A stretch of 64,000 nt of DNA from Candidatus Dojkabacteria bacterium (GTDB lineage: Bacteria > Patescibacteriota > Dojkabacteria > B142 > JAFGFJ01): positions 314,896 to 378,895 of the forward strand of contig JAFGFJ010000006.1 in NCBI GenBank assembly GCA_016931155.1, written 5' to 3'. The notes under the pieces were generated by a model that was not told the origin of the DNA, searched no databases, and was given only the letters and a program-made list of their open reading frames with translations. Numbering within the stretch: position 1 is the stretch's first letter; the number at the start of each line of letters is the position of its first letter. Shown piece after piece: positions 29,001 to 36,162 of this stretch. The position numbers were made by a program, and so were the translations under genes.

Positions 29001-29234
29001 GTGATATCATACAAGACCCCAGCTTTTGAAAGTGTAAGGGGCAATAGTTACAATTACAACGTAAGTATCCAAAATACTCCTGGACTCAATCTGATTTATG
29101 ATTATGAGTTGGAATTTGATCCGGGTTTGTACCCTCTTGAGTATGACGATAGAGGATTCCTCCAAAGAGATAAGCTGATATATGCAGGTACTCTTGATGG
29201 AAATTTAATTTTGAATTTAAAATTCGGAAGATGA
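26085..29234 (+). CDS. Fusion protein: degenerate SDR/epimerase-like domain + TM helix + DUF4012 domain
   Basis: The N-terminal ~330 aa have a Rossmann/epimerase-like layout, but the glycine motif reads GVDTIG and YxxxK reads YSEVE. TM helix LYLFLVMILAVVYFGVVSPLL. The C-terminal region has the DUF4012-type block LLGGDGPKSYIIILQDNSRYNPSGGKINSYAF. Confidence 0.75.
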   Translation: MRNEANKLKSTSKYPTSIIVKGVDTIGVELAGSLIEQGGYVIMIDTYNEESFGKIKHLLEKDLFTFVDFSALSHLEDDLRRLDYVFFLGHQETDIENEISTQEFLEVSNYLNAILDLSTKFEAKFLLTNSIRAHRRLIGEQDVHLNFDLEKTKKHTVYSEVEIQRYAESLVMEYYEKVSLNVRILRMGEVIGEAVEFKEKTPLGKLIFDAISGNDLEITGDGLDEEYYVHYLDAVYGLLKGEFTPNTKGKIFSLANQEPVTTLSLAYKVQELEPKAGEIKFVEKKGPLSLKLYKPAENLAVIGWRPKVSFDRALSQSIEQAYNHFSIESSSQVEDVRDEKKNDVLSKKLKNFFFISDNNGEKEDTYKPKGEGYGALSRLIAERKSQEMGRKGSIVLANDKLREKVKGQNQKPAIQRLGTKANKFYDRIKVQFNFLTRLTLSEFALYLFLVMILAVVYFGVVSPLLSLGKDVYFGNRNLEEAKNRFISNDIIGARESAKSSLNNFDAAEKTLNRFEAFFNLVSQKEVFISGTTLLRGAKMYSEGLEQSFSAVSPAYEYFEKFEDNVYYRPNDGNLLVSESSADYSEYLQKMSGMEIVADDGISKIVSATALMSTARKNYLPKTVIEKINSIVNNIDETEAELQSAKKTIRYLPDLLGGDGPKSYIIILQDNSRYNPSGGKINSYAFLTFEKGGLKSIKVENASSLNLSFDRLNPKTLDQINLISFQNLKVEDVTLSDFQLINDFDLFSSEIIPYLENYFERDIDGAIFLNINSLEKLIELYGGIEVEQIEFDGKNLLMNVDLVLRDNREENRRTEIITQVFALVLQKIFTSTGEKTLELASLSNVQLEVKDMMLQFEGEYYQEQIETNNWNGRFNNNSDFIKIAVVSKAREFSQTKYPNLNIDINDRLKSDLTTVKQVTIEPKSLEDLDYVTVCLPAGATELNFGEINPLLYNQNFSAGNECVSIKFGQISRAVISYKTPAFESVRGNSYNYNVSIQNTPGLNLIYDYELEFDPGLYPLEYDDRGFLQRDKLIYAGTLDGNLILNLKFGR

Positions 29235-29695
29235 AACATAAGACTGTAATAACGAAAGAAGGTTTAAAGGATTTGAAAAATGAGCTTGATACCAGGAAGG
29301 ATAAGTTGAAAGAGATTGCTGATAAAATTGATGAGGCACGTCAGCAGGGAGACCTTTCTGAGAATGCTGCTTATACTACGGCTCTTTCAGAGAAAGAAAT
29401 GAATGAGGCGAAAATTAAGGAACTGGAAGATAAAATAAGTGGCTCGATAGTAGTTGAAGCTGATCCTTTAAATCCAGAAGTTGAACTTGGCGAGAAGGTT
29501 CTGGTGCGGCGGAGTTCTGATAACAAAAGGTTAACATATGAAATTGTTGGGATTGAAGAATCCAATCCGAGTGAAGGGAAAATATCTATAGGCTCTCCTA
29601 TTGGCAAGGCTTTGGCACATAAGAAGAAGGGAGATAAAGTAAAAGTTAAACTGCCATCTGGAGAGGAGGAGTTTTTAATTGAGGAAATTGCATAA
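29231..29695 (+). CDS. greA: Transcription elongation factor GreA
   Basis: ITKEGLKDLKNEL...QGDLSENAAYTTA...SIGSPIGKALAHKKKGD. ATGA overlap with the preceding gene. Confidence 0.93.
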   Translation: MKHKTVITKEGLKDLKNELDTRKDKLKEIADKIDEARQQGDLSENAAYTTALSEKEMNEAKIKELEDKISGSIVVEADPLNPEVELGEKVLVRRSSDNKRLTYEIVGIEESNPSEGKISIGSPIGKALAHKKKGDKVKVKLPSGEEEFLIEEIA

Positions 29696-29715
29696 TCAGT
29701 TTTCTCCTGAAAATT

Positions 29716-30981
29716 ATGGAAAGACATTCAGTGCCCCAAAATATTATGGATGTCGAGTTCAAGCTTTTTGGAAGCCTGACCGTAAGACAGTTCGCTAACC
29801 TTGCAGGATCTATTGTCGTTGCGGTTATTTTATATTTTTTTAATATTCCCGGAATTATCAAATGGCCAGCAATCGTCGGTTTTGTTTTCTTGGGCATAAG
29901 TTTGGCACTGGTTAAGATAAATGGTCAAACATTTGGTACTTGGCTTGGCAATTTTCTGGCTTCTATGTTTAGTTCCCAGAGGAAAATATGGAAGAAAGAT
30001 CCGAAAGTTCCTGAGATACTTACAAAGACTTACCGTCCACGAGTAAGTAATGAACAGCTTGTTTCTGCGAAGAAAAAAGAGTTACCTCCTTTTCTACGTG
30101 AGGATATAATTCAATCTACAAACGTAGTAGATGAAGAGGAGGAAGAGCGGCTAAAGAAATTAGAAAAATACATTCTTGGTGGTACCTCTTCAACGATAAG
30201 TGAGCAATTAATTTCAGACGAAGAAAAAGCACAACGACCGGTAATAATTGATCCTTCAGATCAAAATCTTGCTGGCACAATGAATACGGCAAATGAGGAT
30301 AATTATTCTATAAATCAGTCGGACGAATTCGCAGTAATTGGAAAGAAGATGGCTAATCAGAGAGAGCGACCGATAAGCTCAAGACTTGTGCATAAGAACC
30401 TTGCGGAAAACATAGGAATTGCTGTAAGTGAAGATACTAAAGAGTCCGGTTTGGGCAAGGAAAAAGAAAAAAAGTCAGAAATAGGTTATCTTTCTGAGAA
30501 ACCTGTTAATGATATGAACAGAGGATTAGATGTGAAAAGGAGTTCTTCCGACGAATTGATAGAGGCTAATAAAATACTGCAGGAAAGGATACAGGAACTT
30601 ACAGAAAAAGCGAAAAAATCTCCTGATGACTCTCAGATAGCTCAAAAACTTGCAGAGATGGAAAAACGTCTGGTGGAAATTCAGTCGGGAGGTTCGTTCG
30701 CTAATGAAAAAATAGTATCTCAAAAACCAAATGTTATTAGTGGTATAGTAACTGATAAAGAAAATAAATTACTTCCTGATGTTAGGGTGTTGATTAAGGA
30801 CAGAAGGGGTTTTTTGGTTAGATCACTGATTACTGATAAGCAAGGTTACTTTGTTACGACAACTTCACTTCCTGACGGCGATTATTTAGTTGAATTTGAA
30901 AGCGATAGACATCCTTTTGACCAGTATAAAGTTAACCTGAACGGGTCTTTGAAAGATACGTATAAATTTACTGCCAGATGA
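29716..30981 (+). CDS. PrgI/VirB3-like membrane protein fused to a CarboxypepD_reg-like beta-sandwich domain
   Basis: The N-terminus (SVPQNIMDVEFKLFGSLTVRQFANL plus two TM helices) resembles the PrgI family. Next comes an acidic/coiled linker, and the C-terminus (ISGIVTDKENKLLPDVRVLIKD...TDKQGYF...DGDYLVEF) resembles a carboxypeptidase-regulatory-like fold. Confidence 0.65.
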   Translation: MERHSVPQNIMDVEFKLFGSLTVRQFANLAGSIVVAVILYFFNIPGIIKWPAIVGFVFLGISLALVKINGQTFGTWLGNFLASMFSSQRKIWKKDPKVPEILTKTYRPRVSNEQLVSAKKKELPPFLREDIIQSTNVVDEEEEERLKKLEKYILGGTSSTISEQLISDEEKAQRPVIIDPSDQNLAGTMNTANEDNYSINQSDEFAVIGKKMANQRERPISSRLVHKNLAENIGIAVSEDTKESGLGKEKEKKSEIGYLSEKPVNDMNRGLDVKRSSSDELIEANKILQERIQELTEKAKKSPDDSQIAQKLAEMEKRLVEIQSGGSFANEKIVSQKPNVISGIVTDKENKLLPDVRVLIKDRRGFLVRSLITDKQGYFVTTTSLPDGDYLVEFESDRHPFDQYKVNLNGSLKDTYKFTAR

Positions 30982-31000
30982 TTTATCTTATTAGTTAATA

Positions 31001-31684
31001 ATGGCGTTTTTAGGAAGAAAAGAAACAACAACTCAGGAACATCTTGATATTGAGGATGTCAGAGATGATCTTGTTGTGTTAAAAAATGGTAACGTTTCTC
31101 TTGTTATGGAGACGACTTCTTTGAACTTTGATCTTCTTTCGGAAGAGGAACAGGATATACGAATTCTTGCCTTTGCAGGGCTTATGAACTCATTGAATTT
31201 CCCTGTACAGATAGTTGTTAGAACAGAAAGAACAGACGTAACTGATTATGTAGATAAGCTAAAGATCTATAAGGAAAAACAGATTTCGTTGGCCTTAAAA
31301 AGACAAATAGAGATTTACATGCAATTTATTAAGAATCTTACTGTGAACACCGAGGTTCTTGATAAAAGATTCTTTGTTGTTATACCAGGAATAATATCAA
31401 GTATACAAAGAACTAGTGCTGTGAGACAGATCTTCGGTAAACCAGTAAAAATTAAAAATATCGAGGAGGTGCTTGAAAAAGCCAAATTACTTCTTTATCC
31501 AAAACGTGATCATCTGCTGAAGCAGTTTCAAAAAATGGGGATAATTGCAGAGCAACTAAAAACTGATGATTTAATACGTTTGTATTACGGTATTTATCAA
31601 CCGGATACTCCTGGAATTAAGAAATTAATTTTGAAAAAACAGGATTTTTCTACTGGGATTGTAGAAACTTTAAAAGAAGAATAA
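31001..31684 (+). CDS. Hypothetical soluble protein, possibly a stand-alone VirB4 N-terminal-domain-like partner
   Basis: 227-aa ORF ending 4 nt before the VirB4-like gene. Its pattern (LDIEDVRDDLVVLKNGNVSLVMETTSLNFDLLSEEEQD...LNSLNFPVQIVV) recalls the N-domain of VirB4/TraC ATPases, but it has no Walker motifs. The functional call is inference. Confidence 0.6.
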   Translation: MAFLGRKETTTQEHLDIEDVRDDLVVLKNGNVSLVMETTSLNFDLLSEEEQDIRILAFAGLMNSLNFPVQIVVRTERTDVTDYVDKLKIYKEKQISLALKRQIEIYMQFIKNLTVNTEVLDKRFFVVIPGIISSIQRTSAVRQIFGKPVKIKNIEEVLEKAKLLLYPKRDHLLKQFQKMGIIAEQLKTDDLIRLYYGIYQPDTPGIKKLILKKQDFSTGIVETLKEE

Positions 31685-31688
31685 CAAT

Positions 31689-33635
31689 ATGTGGATATTT
31701 GGAAAAAGCAAAAAAGAAAAGGAAAAAGAGAAGGAACAGACAAGTCAGTCAGAGGATCTTGAAGAGAAGGCAATTGAAAAATTCGCTGAGGGATTGATTG
31801 ATGTAAAAGATCTGATAGCTCCGTCAGCGATGGAGGTGGATTTTAACGATGTTCTTGTAGGAAATAAGTACTTTAGAACTTTCCTTGCTACTGGATTTCC
31901 AAGCCATGTCGGACCAAATTGGCTTTCTCCACTTATCAATTTTGACTTTCCTGTAGATATAAGCACGTTTTATTATCCTGTGGATAGTTCAATGATAATG
32001 CAAAGACTCAAACGAAAGATTGGAGAAATGGAGGCAACAATCAGTCTTGATCTTGAAGCAGGAAAAGTGGTTGATCCATATGTTAAGGTTGCACTTGAAG
32101 ATGCAAAGAATTTACAGGAACAAATAGCAAAAGGTACAGAGAAATTTTTTCACTTTGCTCTTTATGTAACTATTCGAGCAGGCAGTATCAGGGAGCTTGA
32201 AAAAATCTCGAAGAATCTTATTTCAACAATGTCTTCTATTAGTGTGATTCTAAAGGTGGCTACTTTGCAGCAGGAACAAGGTTTTCAGAGTGTTGTACCT
32301 GTAGGAATAGACAAGATCTATATGACCAGAAATATGGATACGACCTCTTTGGCGACCACATTCCCATTCGTTAGCTCAGAGCTTACTATGGATACTGGTA
32401 TTTTGTACGGAATAAATAAACACAATAGAAGTCTTGTGATTTTTGACAGGTTTGAACTTGAAAATGCTAATGCAGTTGTTTTTGCAACTTCCGGGGCGGG
32501 AAAAAGTTATATGGTAAAGCTTGAGGCTATGAGAAGTCTTATGTTCGGGACTGAAATACTGATAATTGATCCCGAAAGAGAATATGAGAAGCTAACGAAA
32601 ACAATTGGAGGAGAATACGTATCGTTTTCGCAAGATGGCGCGCAAAAATTGAATCCATTTGAGCTTTCAGGAATTTATGACAAAGATGAAGACGAGCTAA
32701 GAATGAAAATTCTATCACTTCACGGCCTTATGAGGATTATGATGGGTGGAGATTTTTCTCCGGAAGAATCTGCAATACTTGATAGGGCACTTATTTTGAC
32801 GTATAAAGAAAAAGGCATTACGGTTGATCCTGTCACACACAAAAAAGAACCACCTCTTCTTGAGGATTTATATAAGATTCTCCAGGCAATGGCAGAGCCT
32901 CAAGCTCATAATCTTGCGACAAGACTTGAGAGGTTTGTAAGAGGAAGTGCAGCTGGTATTTTTGACAGAAAATCAAATATTGAGATTAAGAATACATTTA
33001 CTGTTTTTAGTATTCGAGAGTTGAGTGATGACCTAAGGCCTATAGCAATGTATATGATGCTTGATTTTATTTGGACAAGAGTGAAAAGACTTCGAAAGAA
33101 AAGACTTCTAATAGTGGATGAGGCATGGTGGATGATGCAGTATCCAGATGCAGCAAAATTTATCCACTCAATGGCAAAAAGAGCCAGAAAGTACGGTCTT
33201 GGGCTTACTACAATTACTCAAGATGTTGAGGACTTTTTGAGTACGGATTACGGGAAAGCTGTTGTTACAAATTCATCAATACAAATATTAATGAAGCAAA
33301 GTCCTGTAGCTATAGATAAGATTCAGAAGATATTCTATTTGTCTCAAGGTGAGAAGAACTATCTACTTTCAGCAGGTATTGGGGAAGGTCTATTCTTTGC
33401 CGGATCAAATCATGTGGCAATTCAGGTAATTGCGAGTGAAAATGAGCATAATCTAATAACTACATCTTATAAAGATATGGAGAAAGAGGAGAAGAAAAAA
33501 GCGGCATTGGCAGAAGAAGCTGTAAAAAATGCCGGAATTGGTATTGCAGATATTCCTGAAAATACAAACCAGCAAGTTTCCCCTACTGATAATATTAATT
33601 CCTATACTGGTAATACTTCTTCCAATGCGGTATAA
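31689..33635 (+). CDS. VirB4/TrsE-like type IV secretion ATPase
   Basis: N-domain (YFRTFLATGFPSHVGPNWLSPLINF), Walker A ATSGAGKSYMVK, Walker B RLLIVDEAWWMM, and a TTITQDVEDF block. 648 aa. Confidence 0.85.
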   Translation: MWIFGKSKKEKEKEKEQTSQSEDLEEKAIEKFAEGLIDVKDLIAPSAMEVDFNDVLVGNKYFRTFLATGFPSHVGPNWLSPLINFDFPVDISTFYYPVDSSMIMQRLKRKIGEMEATISLDLEAGKVVDPYVKVALEDAKNLQEQIAKGTEKFFHFALYVTIRAGSIRELEKISKNLISTMSSISVILKVATLQQEQGFQSVVPVGIDKIYMTRNMDTTSLATTFPFVSSELTMDTGILYGINKHNRSLVIFDRFELENANAVVFATSGAGKSYMVKLEAMRSLMFGTEILIIDPEREYEKLTKTIGGEYVSFSQDGAQKLNPFELSGIYDKDEDELRMKILSLHGLMRIMMGGDFSPEESAILDRALILTYKEKGITVDPVTHKKEPPLLEDLYKILQAMAEPQAHNLATRLERFVRGSAAGIFDRKSNIEIKNTFTVFSIRELSDDLRPIAMYMMLDFIWTRVKRLRKKRLLIVDEAWWMMQYPDAAKFIHSMAKRARKYGLGLTTITQDVEDFLSTDYGKAVVTNSSIQILMKQSPVAIDKIQKIFYLSQGEKNYLLSAGIGEGLFFAGSNHVAIQVIASENEHNLITTSYKDMEKEEKKKAALAEEAVKNAGIGIADIPENTNQQVSPTDNINSYTGNTSSNAV

Positions 33636-33643
33636 ATAAAAAG

Positions 33644-34204
33644 ATGTTTCCACTAGATATTTTTACAAAACAATTCAACCTGAGTGGGCTAGTACTTATA
33701 GCCTCTGTTGCTATTTTTTCTTTGGCAGTAATTATTCTTTTGGTGAATGTTGTTATATTAAACAGGAAGCTAAAAAAAGCTACTACACCGACGTATGGTT
33801 TTGCAGGAAAGCCAATATATCCCATTATTGCAACATTGCTAATATCTGTATCTATACCTCTAGCTGTATATTCTTTATCTCAGGAGACTACTTTTGAACA
33901 AAAAGCAGAAGAAAATGTGATTCTACAGAGTAGTCATTATGTGGTATCAAGAGATGGGGAGAATTTACGGCTTGAGTTTAATGTTGTTCCATATGTAGAT
34001 GGGGTAGCTTGGGGAGAAAAGTCGTTTGATATTTTCTGGTCATTTAAGGGAAAAACATCCAAAACTAGCTATGAGTTTAATAAATCTGCGATTAATCCCA
34101 GTAAAATGACAATTACTTTGCCAAAAGGTGAGTATGATCTTACTATTCTTGTTACTTATGAGAATAGATCTCAGAGGTTAGAACAAAAGCTTGTTCTAAA
34201 ATAA
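33644..34204 (+). CDS. Hypothetical two-TM membrane protein with a beta-rich C-terminal domain (last gene of the VirB4 module)
   Basis: TM helices LVLIASVAIFSLAVIILLVNVVIL and IYPIIATLLISVSIPLAVYSL. It starts 8 nt after the ATPase stop. No family recognised. Confidence 0.7.
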   Translation: MFPLDIFTKQFNLSGLVLIASVAIFSLAVIILLVNVVILNRKLKKATTPTYGFAGKPIYPIIATLLISVSIPLAVYSLSQETTFEQKAEENVILQSSHYVVSRDGENLRLEFNVVPYVDGVAWGEKSFDIFWSFKGKTSKTSYEFNKSAINPSKMTITLPKGEYDLTILVTYENRSQRLEQKLVLK

Positions 34205-34218
34205 TTCTTGTTTGTGCG

Positions 34219-34227
34219 TGCTATAAT
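34219..34227 (+). promoter_or_regulatory. Extended -10 promoter (TGCTATAAT) of rnpB
   Basis: Exact TGnTATAAT. The predicted transcription start 7 nt downstream coincides with the first base of the P1 helix at 34234. Confidence 0.6.
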
Positions 34228-34233
34228 TATTTC

Positions 34234-34626
34234 GGTCTAGTCAGAACGGTCGCTAAGCGTGAGCTTAGAGGAAAGTCCGAACTCCTCTTGGCACAATAGT
34301 CAGGACAAGGTACCTTGGAGACAAGGCAGGGAGTGATCTCTGGGATTAGAGCAACAGAAAGTAAGGAGCCTGCGAATTGCAGGCGATCTTGAAAGGGTGC
34401 CTCCGGGTTTTTCTGGGGGGCGTACATGAAATTTCATGTATGACGTGTAAGAGACCACCGGTCACGATAGTAATATCGAGATGCTGGTAATCCCTATCGG
34501 GAGCAAGATCAAAGTGTAGATCGCAAAGTGTTTGTTCTTTTGATTAATCAGAACAAATACTGCTAGAGAAATGACCGTCATTCTGGTGTTGCCAGAAAGA
34601 ACAGAATTCGGCTTATTGACTAGACC
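34234..34626 (+). ncRNA. rnpB: RNase P RNA (bacterial type)
   Basis: Universally conserved GAGGAAAGTCCG at 34268-34279 and ACAGAATTCGGCTTAT at 34601-34616. P1 pairs GGTCTAGTCA (5' end) with TGACTAGACC (3' end). T6 follows at 34629-34634. The track ORF 34227..34427(-) is a shadow ORF. Confidence 0.92.
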
Positions 34627-34734
34627 ATTTTTTCAACCACTTCAGGAGTATTTCCATTTGGGTGCATAATACTTCCTGTATAGAAACCATTATTTCTTGA
34701 AAATTTCAATTTACAGTGGGAACACATAGATACA

Positions 34735-35433
34735 TTATCTTCTTGATGTTCCTTTTACCCTTAAGAAGAAGTATAGCAGTGTACTGAGAGATTGGACGGT
34801 GGCAGCAACATAAGTAAATGCGGCAGCGTTCAGGACTTCTTTTGCTTTTTCTATTTCAACGCCATCAAGTAGAGAAAACTCTCTAATGAATTTTAACGCT
34901 CTTTTACTTGCGTCAAGTTCTACGGGGAGTGTCAAAAATGAAAATACAGTAGCTGAAGAAAATAATGTAATTCCTAACCAGGAAATCTGTCCTAGACTCA
35001 AAATGATACCAATTATTAAAAGAGCGTAACCCGTATTTGTAGTAATTCCAACTATTGGTGCAACAAACGATCTGATGCGAATGGCGAGAGTTCCCTCAAT
35101 ATGTTGTGAAAGGTGTCCGGTTTCATGTGCTGCTATTGCAACAGAAGCAATGGACGGAGTTCTACTTACTTCAGAGGAGAGAAGAATCGTTGAAGTAATT
35201 GGATTATAATGATTATTTAAATCATTGTTACCTTCCTCAAAAATAACCTGATAGTTCTTGGCCTTACTTATTGTATATACTGTGTCTACTCCGTTTATTC
35301 CTCTTGCATTCAAAGAATTAGAATACTTTCTGTATGTAGACGAAACTATATGAGAAGACAGAAGTCCTACAAGTAGTGCTGGAAATGAAAAAATTATGTA
35401 TAGTGGATCAAAGTTCATAAGTAATTTTAACAT
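34735..35433 (-). CDS. Membrane zinc metallopeptidase (YugP-like, Zn_peptidase_2 type)
   Basis: HETGH zinc motif (AIAAHETGHLSQH) with flanking TM helices. 232 aa, typical of the family. Confidence 0.8.
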   Translation of the reverse strand: MLKLLMNFDPLYIIFSFPALLVGLLSSHIVSSTYRKYSNSLNARGINGVDTVYTISKAKNYQVIFEEGNNDLNNHYNPITSTILLSSEVSRTPSIASVAIAAHETGHLSQHIEGTLAIRIRSFVAPIVGITTNTGYALLIIGIILSLGQISWLGITLFSSATVFSFLTLPVELDASKRALKFIREFSLLDGVEIEKAKEVLNAAAFTYVAATVQSLSTLLYFFLRVKGTSRR

Positions 35434-36162
35434 ATTTTACAAAAGTGTTATTGTACAAACTTTTTTGTCCGGTACTCATGAAGTAATAATAGAGATTAGG
35501 CAGACATGCTAGAAGATAAAAGGCAGGAAGGTATGTATGCCCCAATGTATACCAAATTTGATCAGATAATGATTGATATTGCAGTGTTTTGAATGGTACT
35601 AATATATGGACAAAAAATAGAGCAATGAATTGTAAGGCAATAAATAATATTATAATAATAGAAAGGCAAATTTTCAGTCAATAGTATCTTGGTAGTGATT
35701 ATGTGTTGTTGAAAATTTTCTTACTGTAACATAAAAATATTATATGATATTTAAAAACATTTAATTACGTTAATTAACCAATATTATAAGAAATACTGGT
35801 TAGAATTTGCTTTACAAGTAACAATATAATAACAATAGCTTACCAGTTGTTGGCTTATGTGCTATACGGTACTCTAAATAATCGGTACATTTGTATAATT
35901 GGACACTGTGGACAAGCAAGAATCGATAATTATGTCACACAAAATAGGCTCTAGTAAAGTTAGGGTCGGGATCTACTAAAACTGGTATTTAGTAAATATT
36001 CAATTTAGAGAAATAAAAATAGTAAGAATAAAAAAATTGTACAATAAGTCGGATAAGGCTACAATGGTGACTGATCCGCAAAATCAGGAATGTGTAACAA
36101 TAGGGTAACATAAGGGTGACTTATGAGTATAATAAATTGGGGAAAAATAAATAATGTGGTAT

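Noticed and set aside
34227-34427. 66-aa ORF on the minus strand.
   Set aside because: It lies entirely inside the RNase P RNA gene (conserved GAGGAAAGTCCG and ACAGAATTCGGCTTAT boxes, P1 pairing, own promoter). It is a shadow ORF.
35434-36162. SRP RNA, tmRNA or 6S RNA in the large secA-peptidase spacer.
   Set aside because: The hallmark sequences I know were not seen on either strand: the SRP domain-IV GGAA/AGCA loops, and the tmRNA tRNA-like 3' end with a GGTTCGA-type T-loop and ACCA end. A covariance-model scan is still needed.
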